A DNA stretch of 64,000 bases from Yuukianura sp. NJ FZ-2021 (taxonomy: Eukaryota). The notes below the pieces were generated by a model. That model was given only the letters and a program-made list of their open reading frames with translations. It made no database searches and was not told the DNA's origin. The position numbers and the translations under genes were made by a program. Every line of letters begins with the position of its first letter. Within the stretch, counting starts at the first letter, position 1. Positions 25,593 through 37,682 of this stretch are shown one piece after another. The DNA lies in the NCBI GenBank assembly GCA_046563655.1, contig CM102286.1, positions 4,588,001 through 4,652,000 on the forward strand, written 5' to 3'.

Positions 25593-25825
25593 CAGTAGAC
25601 TTTCCCACTTATTCCATTTGCCAAATACAAAACAATTTCAATTGACAAATACAAAACCCGCAGCAGTACACTGGCGGTAAAATGGCAAAATGAAACATGC
25701 AATGGCAAATGGGGGATTTGCCAATGACAATTTGACCACACACTCATGTAATTTTCTAACCCCAGTGTAGTTCAATTGCATTTTGTTTTGTATTTCGCAA
25801 ATGGAATAAGTGGGAAAGTGTACTG
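25593..25825. mobile_element. MITE with TA target-site duplication
   Basis: TA|cagtagactttcccacttattccatttgccaaatacaaaacaa ... ttgttttgtatttcgcaaatggaataagtgggaaagtgtactg|TA: TIRs over 40 bp with few mismatches. Confidence 0.88.
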
Positions 25826-27252
25826 TACTTCCAAGCAGTGTCCCTATATGAAAAAGTTAATGGCTATAAACGGTTTTGGACATAAACAGTAAAGGGGGAG
25901 GGGGAGGGGGGGGGTTGACCGTCCATCCATTGTTGTCCAAGTATTAGTACTTTTGTATGAAGTAAATAGTAATGTTACTATAATATACTAATAAACTGCC
26001 TACTATAGTCACGGTTCACAGTACTTAATCCGTTTTCTAGAACATTCGATTACTATGTATGAAATCAATCATAGACATTTAAAGCCGATTAGAAACCAAA
26101 ATACTCTGATTCCATTCATTTGTACTGAAGATAAAAATAAAATGTGAAAGACGGATATAAAAGTTCTAATTCTAAGTTCAATTTTTGTTTTGAAACATGT
26201 AATCTAAGGACTTCAGTTGTGCAAAATTTCGCGGAATGTAAAATATGCACTTTCCCTTGAAGGAGAAAGTTTTTCTTACGGCAGAATCGTCCGATCAGAG
26301 AATTAGTGGTTTTTTGGATCTCTCGACCTCACTCAAATTGGACCAAACTACGAAGCTATGAATGATTCAGTCCTAGTTGGGGGAGCCCTCACAAAATTAG
26401 GTCACTGTGTACACGAATACAATAGGCGACCTTTGATGTTTTGCTGCATGTTAGTGTCCAAAGACGCCTGAGGGTTGACCTGACCTGCCTTATGCATTGG
26501 ATAATTACATACATAACTTTTGTGAAACTAAATCCACAGTTTATTGTAATTTATAAATAGCTTTATAGGGTAGTTTAAAATAAATACGGGGAAATACAAT
26601 ATATGTGCAATTTTTCACTTAATTACTTGCTCAGTTAACTTAAATTTAGCCTATCCCGTTAAATATAAACAATATATTCAAAGACCGAAGTTTGTTACAA
26701 CTCTTACACTATGTTTAATTTAAAATATTACATTTGTAATTCATTAGCCTCAAAACAGCAGTACATTATTATGTAGTAGTACATGTATTATATGTATTAT
26801 AATATATGCAAAGGTGGGTGTCAATGTCAATCCATGAAAACTTCCTATTCCTAAACCTAGAAGTCAATTTTTAAAAATTGATTAAAAGCTATTACAATGA
26901 CTTCGGATAATTAAGTCCACTCCTGTTCTTCGTCTCGTAAAAACCCAGGCCATAACTAGACTATTCACTGCTAAACTACTTTTAAAAAATTATATCACTA
27001 ACGCAGATGTTGGATGGAGAGTCACCACAATACAAGTACTATTAGGTCAAAACACACTTCTAGTGGAATCCTAATTGAAGATTAACATCTGAGATCCGAT
27101 AATTGGTAACAAAACATGAAAATTACACGAATGGGATTGTTAAGCAAAAGCATTTGATGCTAGATTGGTTGTAGCCGTCCAGTTTTGACTCCATGCTGGC
27201 ACATCTTGACTGTCAAACGTAAAAATCCATTCGTATTCTTCTTAGTTCTTCC

Positions 27253-30206
27253 TCAGTATAAACTGGTTGGAATTTCTTTGAACATGAATTCCGAAGTACA
27301 TCGATCCTGTTGTAACAGTAAATTGTGGATTTCTGAACGTAGACTTTCGTATTTGTGTTCAGGAGCATCTCCATTGCTGTAACTAAAAATTAAAAACAAT
27401 CCGTTTTAAACTCATATGAACCTTGAGGTCTGAGGTGTAAAATTATTCTCCTGTCCTAACCCTGTATCCGAACCGAACTTTCCGTCGAACCACGAATCCA
27501 ATCCGAGTGCGGCGTCTGACTGGTCCATTGCATCCGAGGAGTCTTCTGCCGTTGCGTAAGTAGTTTTGTAGTAACGCTTATGATCCGATTCTACGTAGTT
27601 GTGCAACTTTGCTTCGTGTCGTTGAACCGAAAATTTCGTAGTAAATACCCGGGTACAAAAATTACACTGGAAATTGATTGGTTTCAAGCCGGTCTTCTTT
27701 GAAATGCCATTTTCAGAAGAAGTACTTGGAGTTGCAGAGCGACTGTTCATTGGGGAATAACTGGAATAAGGCTGCGTCTGTGGCATACCAAATGACGCTG
27801 AGGGCATACCGTAAGATGAAGGCGACCCATGGTATCCTCCGTTAGAATAAGATATGATTCCGTTTCCATTTAGTTTTACACTTTTGATCTTCTTTGGAAC
27901 AACGACTGGAACTTCCTTGACGACTTTCGGAGGTGGTGGAATCATGCAAGTGTAGTATTCCAGTGGTTTAGCTGCTTTGTGGTTTCGGATGATGTGATTT
28001 AAAACGGACTGTTTGAGACTGTAAGTTTTGTTGCAGATAGAACATTTGTGCGGTTCCAGACCATAGTGGGTGTGCATATGTTCCCGTAAACTTTCAACGT
28101 TGGCGTACACCTAGAGTGCAAATAAGAAAAGTACCGATTAAAAATTCATTACTAACGTCGATGACAACCAATTGAATAGTATTTTACATGCTGGCAGAGT
28201 TCGCACTGGCGTTGGTCTTTCGTAACATGCATTCGTATATGAACAAGAAGGTCGGAGAGCATCATCTCTTGTCCACAAGTTTTACAAATCCTGAACATAA
28301 AAAGTAAAGTTATTTTAAAAAAATTTTTTTTAAATATTTTTATAACATGATTTACCTCTTATCGGACTCAGTTGAAGTGCTGTTACCTTCGTTGTTCTTC
28401 TTCCGCCTCGGTTTCGTATAAACGACTGGTGTGGTATGGGCACGTCTCAGCCCAACGAAGCTTGGCTTTGGAAATTGTTGCGTCTCTGGAGACCGTCTCT
28501 TGTGTATAGACTCGTGTGCCTTCAGTTGTTTCTTTTTTGGGAATTGGGCTTGACACTGACCACACTCGTATGGTCCAAGTGACTTTTTCTTGTCCTGATC
28601 ACCATCGTCAGACAACACGGTCATGGTATCAGTGCTAATACCCTCTCCGTCAGTTACGTGAGTCAGCGCATGACGCCTTTCTTCCCTCAAAGTTGCAAAA
28701 CTGGCGTTGCATGATGCACACTGGAAAGCGTTCGCTGAGGGATGACTTGTGGCAATGTGCCTTGCGAGAGAATGCTTCCAGTGGTAAGCTTTGCCACAGT
28801 TTTGTAGTTGACAAGCGTATGCTTTTAAGCCATAATGAACTGTCATGTGATCAACGAGATCCTTCGGGTTAGCAGGTTGGAAATCGCAGTGAAAGCATTC
28901 CGTTTGACCTTGCTGAATGTGAGTGTTGATGTGAGCGTACAGGTCGGGGACAGCTATAGCATCACCACAATCCAAACAAGTTTCAAACAGGTCGCTGCAA
29001 AACAACATAACATTATGAACATTATGAATCTTAGAATTAAGTTTTGTACTAAAAACTAAAACCGAACGAACCCGTCGGCATCCGCCGTTTCATTTGATGT
29101 CTGACTACTCTCTCCTTCCGGATTTAGATCCGGTGGTTGCGAAGCCGATGAGGAACTGTTGTTAATGTCTGACCCATTGTTGTACTCCAATTCGGGCATC
29201 CTGGAATTGCTAATAGGTTTCGGATGTGACGATTGATGAGACAGCAGTCGTATTTTGGACAAGAACTTCTTTCCACAGATAGTACAGCACAGTTGAGATT
29301 TAGTAGGGTGTTTCTTTTGTTTATGTAACCGTAGATTAATTTCTTTGTTAAAAATTATGCCACACTGTAAGCACTTGTGCATGCCCCACTGGTTCCGGGA
29401 TACTTGCTTCGGAGACTTTCCCCGAATTCCACTGAATACACTGAACGGCCTCGCAAATCTTTCACTTCGTTCTATTGATTTAAATTTTTCAGAGTTCGAC
29501 GCACTGCGAGGCTGGCAATTTTTCTGTCCTCTGTTTAAATCCTCCTTCCTGATCCTGCATTGAATTTAAAAAAAATTATCAGTTAAAAATTTGACATACC
29601 AACGATTTTTTTTTACGAACTAACATCCCGTAACGGGTTTCTATCTAAATCGACCATGCATTTCCAAAGGTGGTGTATCGCCACACCCAAAATTTTGAAT
29701 TGAAATTTACATCGTCAAGTATTTTGGAAAATATTCTTATTCTCATCTTCAGCTATAATTCATGTTATGCATAACTTTTAGCCGCAGTGTTGAATGTAGC
29801 GTGAAAAGAGTTGAACAGTTTGAAGAGAGAGAGGTAGTCAAAGCTATAGCCAAGTGAAAGTGACAGGAAATTGAGGTCAAGCAACGCGCAACGGTAACGG
29901 TATGCATAGAAATCAGGTCGCTTTTATGATAAAATGTACATTGTACTAAATACCAGTACAAAACTTGCAAGTTATGTTTACGTTATACCCCACTTAAATC
30001 AGCTGATAGTTTATGTTTATGATAGGAATTTGCACTTACCTGGATCCAATGTCAGCGATAAGTACTCTAGGGCGTCTCCGATTGACGAAAGCAATCAATT
30101 TCTCCTCCTGATGAGCCTTTTGATGAAACTGAAGTGTAATTCTATTGATGAAAATTCTTGAGCAGTCTGTACAGGAGTAGTAGAAGTTTTCATCACAAGG
30201 AGCCAT
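27253..30206 (-). CDS. Multi-C2H2 zinc-finger transcription factor
   Basis: Exon 30206-30040 (MAPCDENFYYSCTDCSRIFINRITLQFHQKAH) splices in frame to the exon holding HKCLQCGIIFNKEINLRLHKQKKH. More fingers lie in ORFs 28352-29008 and 27412-28110. Probable last exon ends at TGA 27253. Confidence 0.85.
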
Positions 30207-31343
30207 GAACCACCCAAAGAGACACCACGTGGGACGTGAGTCACGAAGTGGCCGAATAGGGGCAGGGAGGGAGCTACGCTGGGAACACGGCGATTTACTG
30301 ACACTATTGTCACCGTTATAACTTCTTTAAAATTAATCAACTACAGTGTCAATTATACAGGAAAATTACGGTAGGTCATTGACACTTTCACTCTATTTGC
30401 ACTTTCACTCTTCCTGTTCTCTCCACAGCATCTCTCTTTTCTCCTCTCCTCTCTGTGGGTTTTGAGAGTAATACACCAGTAAACTCTTCACTTCAAACAA
30501 ATTTTCAATTACCTGTGTTAATTGATTTTTTGGATCCACGATTAATCACTTTAGACTATCTGCTATACACTAATAAGGAACAATATTAGTCAATTGACCG
30601 GTAGTATGAGCCACCTTTACTGAAATATCAAATGTTGGGATTGCACTTCTGAGAAAGTGTACAGAACTTACTTCACTTTGAGAAGAGTGCAAATGCTTCT
30701 TGGAATGAAATTGAAGATGACTTTTGACCTTAGTAGGACGGTTTGGTTAATTGAGGTGTCGAATTAAGATGTCAGCTGAAGAGATGTACGGCTGTATTGT
30801 CCGTGTCTGTTCCCATCTCCTGTGTCAAGGACCCTCTTCCTAGTTGGAGATTTTAGACCGAGGAAAACCGATCAATATCCGTCCTACCACTGCGCTATAC
30901 TTACACAAAATTCACCCCTGCTTTTCACACAACCGAATGTACAAAGTTCTATTTGTTTCATAAAGCCTGCCTTTAGCTCCTAGACAAATGTTTTATGGTT
31001 CAAATAAATCCTGCACTACCCTGTTTTATATTTTTCAGCAAAAGCTTAACCTATTTTGAACAGTTTTTGAAACAAAAGCTTCCAAAGTGCGAGGAAAGGT
31101 CAATCCGTGAATAGAAAAACCCGAACCTTTAGCACATCAATTCGGGGGAAAAAATTCGTCATTTTTGTTACATTTTATTTTTCGACATTTCAATTTCATG
31201 TAAAGTGTAACACTATGGCGCTCTGCTGAAATTTAATTCTGAAAACTCAATCATTCATTTGATTTTTTTCGATAATTTTATTTTCTAGATTAATTTTGTT
31301 TTAAACTAGGTAAATTGGAAACTAATTGCAAGGTACCATTCAA

Positions 31344-31484
31344 GAATCAGAATCCATTTTGAAAAAAAAAAGTTGAACGAACTTCATTTCCATCCAAGAG
31401 GCTGAGCATACGTGTGTATGTTCAACTTCTTGGATGTAAATGAAGTTTTTTTCAAACGTTTCTTTTCAAAATGGATTCCGATTC
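31344..31484. repeat. ~140-bp imperfect inverted repeat (foldback/hairpin)
   Basis: gaatcagaatccattttgaaaa...cttcatttccatccaagaggctgagcatac|gtgt|gtatgttcaacttcttggatgtaaatgaag...ttttcaaaatggattccgattc. Confidence 0.85.
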
Positions 31485-32863
31485 ATCACTTTCCGATATT
31501 TTACTTTAGACGAAGATTACTTTATACTTTATAATGGTAACTTAAACATAATTTTGGTCCACCAATGCAGAGTAACCATTTGACTCTTTGAATTTTATTA
31601 TAATAAATTGTAATAATATATTAATATATAACGTGTATTTTACTACTACACGTAACAAACAGGAGCAAATAATAATGCGGCAACAAAGAATTAAACATTA
31701 AACTGGCTATGCATTCTGTTTTATAGCACAATAATGAGTTCTTTACTTTTGTAATAAACCAAAAACAACTTTGGTCAAAATTAATTACGTTATAACCTTA
31801 TTACTTTTAACAAGTTAATTTGTTATAATGTAGTTAAGTAGATGGTTGCCTTGATGTCGACTCGATTCGTTTCAGTTTCACGTTAAGCGTTAACTATCAA
31901 TATACATTGTACGGGGTTCAATATTAATTTACTGCCTTTCCGATGCTTCTCTTGTCCAACTTCTAACTTAATTTTTATAACGCCTTCAATTGCCAGTCTA
32001 GAATTACTTCAAGGTACTAAAATCGTTTGTTGCTGTTTCCTTTATAGCATCCACCTAAGTCTTTGCTTTGAATTTGAGTAAATTCAAAACTAAACTTTCA
32101 TTTTACAATGGATGGTATCCTACTAAACGCTAAACCTAATAGTAGTTACCATTTTTGAACTTTGGCGTTACAAAATTACAAAAGCTACAAGGTACAAAAG
32201 AACACATCACGGAGTCAATCGTAATTCTAACATTGGAGAAGACGTTTAACTTTAAATTAACTAATGAATTACTAATTAACAGCTTAATTAGGTTCTAACT
32301 GCTATAAACTTGAGACCAGTGGAATAAGTTTGGAGTTTTTCCATTCACTACTTTCAGTAGTAAATTTTTAGGAATTTCAATTCTCAAATTTCTTAAGGAG
32401 ACACGATTTATAAAACAGATTTTGTCAGTAATAAATTGTGTCTCCCATTTTTTTAGTTTTTTGAAAAAAGGTGCCCGACAGAAGCCTACCGCCTAAAACT
32501 AAATTTCTGCTACTTTAACATGATTTTTCTTATCACAGATCTTATAAAACATTGGCTTGATTTTAACTCTAAATAGCAGGCATCGGTTTGGCTTGAGCCG
32601 CACTAGCTTTTTCTAAAGAGTTAGTTAGTTTCTGTCGAGAAATTTCTGTTTTTTTTAAAAATAAATGTTGACATTTTTAAAATGACTAAAAAATAAAGAC
32701 CAGTTTCGAAATGAAAGGTACTTGGGTAGATAAAGTCAAAATAACGTATGATGTAAGCGATTTTTGACAAAATTATGTCACAACGGGGTTTTAAAAAATG
32801 TACCGAGTCGACGACGGCATTTCTTGGCACAAGTTGATTGAGTCGTTTCAGCGGTGCGAAATT

Positions 32864-34015
32864 TCAGCGCTTCTTGTGATGAAAGGCAGCGTTAGCATGG
32901 GACTTCATGTGCTGCCGCAAATGTCCACGGAGACGGAATGACATTTGACATACCGGGCACTTGTCGGTGTGAACTAATTCGTGACTCTTGCGCTCACTCG
33001 TTGTTACAAATCTGAAACCAAAAATTACTTTTTCTGTATTTTTGAAATTTCAAATTTTGAAAATTTCAACGCTTACCGCTGTTCGCAAAAGTGACATTGA
33101 TGCGCACGAACTTTGGTATGAAGATACATAGTGTGAACTCGGAGCGAGTTCTTTGCTGCGAAACTTTTTTGACAAAAATTGCAAGTGTACGGCTTCAGCC
33201 CCTGGAAAGTTTTACAAAAGTGTTAATTACTGATCTAAGAAATTTTGTTAGGAAATTTTTTAAAAGTTAATTAGTTAATTTAACTGTGTGAGTGTTAAGA
33301 TGTTCCCGAAGATGATGTTTTGTAGGAGCTTCGTAATTGCAGACTTCGCAGCGTCTTGGCCCCATGTGATTCCGCATGTGGTCAATGATGTCGCTCATTT
33401 CTTCTCCGCATGTACGACATTTTTCTCGCACACCGACGTTACTAAGAATTGAAGAACAAATATTTATGATTTTTAATTAATTTGTGCCAGTAAGATAACG
33501 AGAGAAGTACAATTAAATCTACTTCAAATATCCCACTTGAATTCTGTCATGGACGTCGTCGTAACAGGAGACGGGTATTCTCCAAGAAGTGGCTTCTGCT
33601 CTGCTGCCATGTCCATGTCTTGAAATGTCGTTGGAAAAAATGTCGCCATTTGCGACATCGTTTGATGTTCAGCTGCTGTGGTCACCGTTTCCAACAACCC
33701 CGTTTTGCCATTGTTTCCGTGGCGTTCGTTTCCACCGCTGCGATCAGGAAAATTTAAAATTTGTGATTTTTAAAGTCCAAATTTTCCACAAAACTTTTCA
33801 TTAAATTTTGAATTTTCAAATTCCAGTAGTAAGCGCGCAATTGTAGCAAAAGCTTCGATTTAGTCAAAATGTTAAAAAAAATTGTCGAATTTTTGTGCTT
33901 TTGTTGTGTGAGCTTACCCCGAAAATGCCCGACTTTCTTGATTTTGATCTTGTTCGTTCCACGAGTTGTTAGGTTCCGTGAAGTGCACGGTATGTGAATA
34001 AGGATACAAAAACAT
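32864..34015 (-). CDS. Small C2H2 zinc-finger protein (about 5 fingers, 5 coding exons; finger exons absent from ORF track)
   Basis: Spliced exons give RCEVCNYEAPTKHHLREHLNTHT|GLKPYTCNFCQKSFAAKNSLRVHTMYLH...HQCHFCEQR|FVTTSERKSHELVHTDKCPVCQMSFRLRGHLRQHMKSH. Probable ATG at 34015. Confidence 0.85.
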
Positions 34016-36076
34016 ATCTGCACTTAATTGCAAAGTCAATGTACAAAAATTATGAAATTTCGCTATTGATTTTGTAAGTTTGAATTGGATTTTGACAACA
34101 CGAGAGATGCAGTAGTTCCATGCACGTAGGACAGGATACGTATAAAATCCTCCAGAAAACTAAGTGCCTCATACCTAAGTAATAAACAGACCCAGCAAAA
34201 ATATTAGCAAATGGAAAACAACAACGCACCCAAAGAAGAGAGGCGAAAACACGAGACTTTTCCAATGACGATGATATGTTTACCAAAAAAAAAGCAACCA
34301 ATGGAATTAAATAGACACTTACCTACCTCTCCGTTCCCTGGTTATTACGCCTAGTAAAACATAGTCATAGTCCTAAACTTTACTCCCGAACAAACCTCTT
34401 CTGATAAATTTGCAAACGTCCACGACGGAATTTGTTTTTGCACTCGCAAAAAATTGTTTACCAAAAGATATTCTGCTGCTGGGTTCCAATTTTCCGCCTT
34501 GGAATTATTTGGAACCTTTCCTCTACTCTGCTGCCTCCCTCAAATACACTATAACTTAAGTGTCAAATGGATTCTGCTGGATATCCGAATATCTTTCTCA
34601 TCCCATTGGAATTTGGCATTTTCAAGCATTTTTCCAAAGGAATTGGCTATTGAGAACTTTGGCCGATAGCATTTAAGTAAAAACTGGTTATACCCTAACT
34701 ACAGTCACCCTATACGTTGCCCAAATGACATCCAGTATCTAAATAGGACTAATATTTTTGAAGCAGATTTTACTCAATTTATAGTTCAAAATGGATTTTT
34801 ATAATAAAATATGGTATTTGCTAACATTTATTATTAACATGTTTTTTGATACTGATGAACTGATGTTCACGCGAACAGGTTAGGCACAGAGAAAGTCGAA
34901 CAGCTAAATCAGGTGAAAGTAAATTCACTTCGAGTGTTCATAGATGAGCGTTTTTACTGCCTTAATCAATGTAATTTAGTTTTGTTTAGTTTTTTTTATA
35001 GGTAGTAGTGTATGAATTAATTGGCAATTAAGTAGGCCAGAGAAGATTAGTTTAATTGAATTAACAGCCAAGCCACGTAAGGTTGAAGGTTATAACGAAA
35101 TATCTAAAAAGTTCAGCAATAATCTCAACTTTGAGTTTAAAAAAGTTCGTCGAAGTTTAGGAATAATTTTAGTTTTCAATGTCGTGTTTATGTTTAGAAA
35201 TAAATTTAGAATGTTCAAAAATAAAGTTTTGTTGACTGTCGTTGCACAAGTATGAAGCAATAACTTTATTTTTGCAATTGAATATTGAAATCCAATTTCA
35301 GATACAAGCAGTATTAATTTTTAAGATGCTGTAGTGAATCTGTAGTAGACTGGGAAATTTTTGAATTGTTTTGCCATTTTTTTTAAAACCACTTGAAAAT
35401 TTGTTTTTCATTATAAATTGTTATTGTAACTTGGTATAATAAAAGTAGGAAACATTTCTTTTCTTGTGGCTTTTGGTAATTTGGCTATTTAATCTATTTA
35501 CCGCTAGGCTGGGAAAAATGACTCATGATTTTCTGTAATGTCTGCCAAGGTCAATATATTTGACCACGTTTTATCTTAACTAGTTTTCATACGTTGCTGT
35601 ATATTTGAAATACATACTGTAGCGCATGAAATTTTATCGCAATTTTTCCTATGGAATACGGGTTACTATGTTTGTTTTTCGAAAGTGAGTTTAAAAAAGC
35701 TTTCGATTACAGTAGTAAACTATTTAAAAATCGCAAGACATATTATATGCCTAAGCGCTTCGGTATAGTTTCTGAATAAAAATGGCATTAGTGAAAAGTT
35801 TTCAGATTTTCTTCATGTGAACTAATTACGAAGAGCAATAAACGGAAAAAAACGCAATATTTTTACTGAAAATAACATTTTCAACTTTAATTACACTTTA
35901 TCATATTTCCGTGAAGAAATCTTAAAAGTGCACTACGAAGTGAACATGAACATAGACGTAATAGAAAATTATGGTAATAAGACGGAACTCTGCTTACACG
36001 CGACAAAACTTTGAACTTATTCAGGCGTTTGTTAAATGTTTTAGAAATGAGGTTTTCGTAAAATTCCTTCGAATCG

Positions 36077-36504
36077 TTAACCTACACGTCCAGGTCTTCC
36101 AGCAGGAGAAGCATACGTCCAGGGAGCCATCACCTTCTGACCTCTCTTGGAATGTCGCTTCCTGGAGTGTCGTTTACCGGACTTCTTATGACTGTGACGA
36201 CGCACTCTGCAACATTTTCAAAATGTTACAAATTTTGTGTGTTGGTTCAAAATTTATTGAATTGCATTACCTCGGCAGAATTGGATCAGCTAGAAGAATC
36301 GCTTCTGCGTTGGCATTCGCAACCTCGTTTGATGAAGCCAACATTTCAGAAGATGCTTCAGCGTTCCGCATGTATATCAATACCACCACCAAAACGCTTG
36401 CAAATACCTGAAAAATTATGGTATAGTTATTAAATTTTAAAAAAAATGGATAGAATTAAAATCATTGAAGCTAAAGGTTAGCTTACCAAGCGATAGAAAT
36501 TCAT
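36077..36504 (-). CDS. 94-aa secreted prepropeptide with cationic His/Lys/Arg-rich C-terminus (candidate antimicrobial or bioactive peptide)
   Basis: Exons 36504-36487, 36407-36271 and 36206-36077, all GT-AG and in frame: MNFYRLVFASVLVVVLIYMRNAEA SSEMLASSNEVANANAEAILLADPILP RVRR HSHKKSGKRHSRKRHSKRGQKVMAPWTYASPAGRPGRVG*. TATAAA on the minus strand at 36607-36602. Confidence 0.8.
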
Positions 36505-37682
36505 CTTAGACTTTCTTAGAAGGAAACTTTTTTGCTCAATCCAAAAAAACTTGCAGAAGAGAAGAAACGTTGGAATAAGAAATGACTAACCGATGACAAT
36601 ATTTATACTAAAATTAGCAAATACCGCCCTCACTGCCCCAAAAAGTTTTCCAAATTAATGAGGTTGACCTAGTTACTTTCCGAATTTTTTTTTCGAAGGT
36701 AAGTAAAGTTCAAGATTATCGGAGCACAAAGTGGTGCAATGGGATTTTTTTTGGACATGACGCAGATATGACACATCTTCAGATGACAACTTACAAAATG
36801 TCAATGTCATCAATACAATTTTTTTCAGAACGTCCCACTTTCGTAGTCAATTAACGAATTTCAATGACCTCGTTCTCGCTATCGAAAACATTAGCAACAT
36901 GGCTTACTATGTCATAGAGTACTGAAAACAAACAGAAATTTAATAATTTTGGTCGAGATTTTCTAAAGAATTTGAAAAACCAATACAATGCGAATTAATT
37001 TTCAACGTATCTAATAAATTCTCTAAAAATAAAAATTGGACAAGCGGACAAAATGGTACATAAGTTTGAAATACTACGAATAAGCAGGGGCGACATCATA
37101 ATGGTGTGAGTCACGTTTAACTTTTAAAGCTGCATTTTTTAATTTAAAAATATTGCGATTTCGCAATCATGCTATGATTGTTTGTTTCTAAGAAATTTGA
37201 CTATGCTTAGCAAAAATGTCCAATCAAGTGTAGATGTTAGGTTGTTTAGTTTAGTGATTCACAAAATTGCAATGTCCTAAACCACAAGTCTAAAAATACT
37301 AATGAAAATTTTCATTTGAAAGGCAGCATTGCTACTGGCTGGAGCTGACGCCGGCCTTGGCTAAGCGATTCAGGTCGAACTCAGAAATATCTTTTTGAGT
37401 TGTGCTTTTCTTTTTTAAACAGTTTGAACAACCTTTCCTAAAAAAGTTCGAATGAAAGAGTGAACCAAGTACTGCTGGCACCTTGTCCTTTTGTCTTTTG
37501 TAAACCTTGAACTGAAAATCCCTTCATCCTATTGTCATTTTTTTCAAAAATTCTTCGTCAATTGCCCTTCAACTTCTTTTTCCACTTGAACTTGGTATTA
37601 TCCTTTTTCTAAAATTTCAAAAAAGTGCTTTCCGGAGTCCTTTCAGCAAGTAGTTTACTCTGAACAAGCGAAAGAAACACAA

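Noticed and set aside
25893..25914. G-run that could form a G-quadruplex
   Set aside because: Simple low-complexity tract with no supporting context.
35971..36433. Plus-strand ORFs of 146 and 93 aa
   Set aside because: Antisense shadows of the spliced minus-strand peptide gene; no recognisable features.
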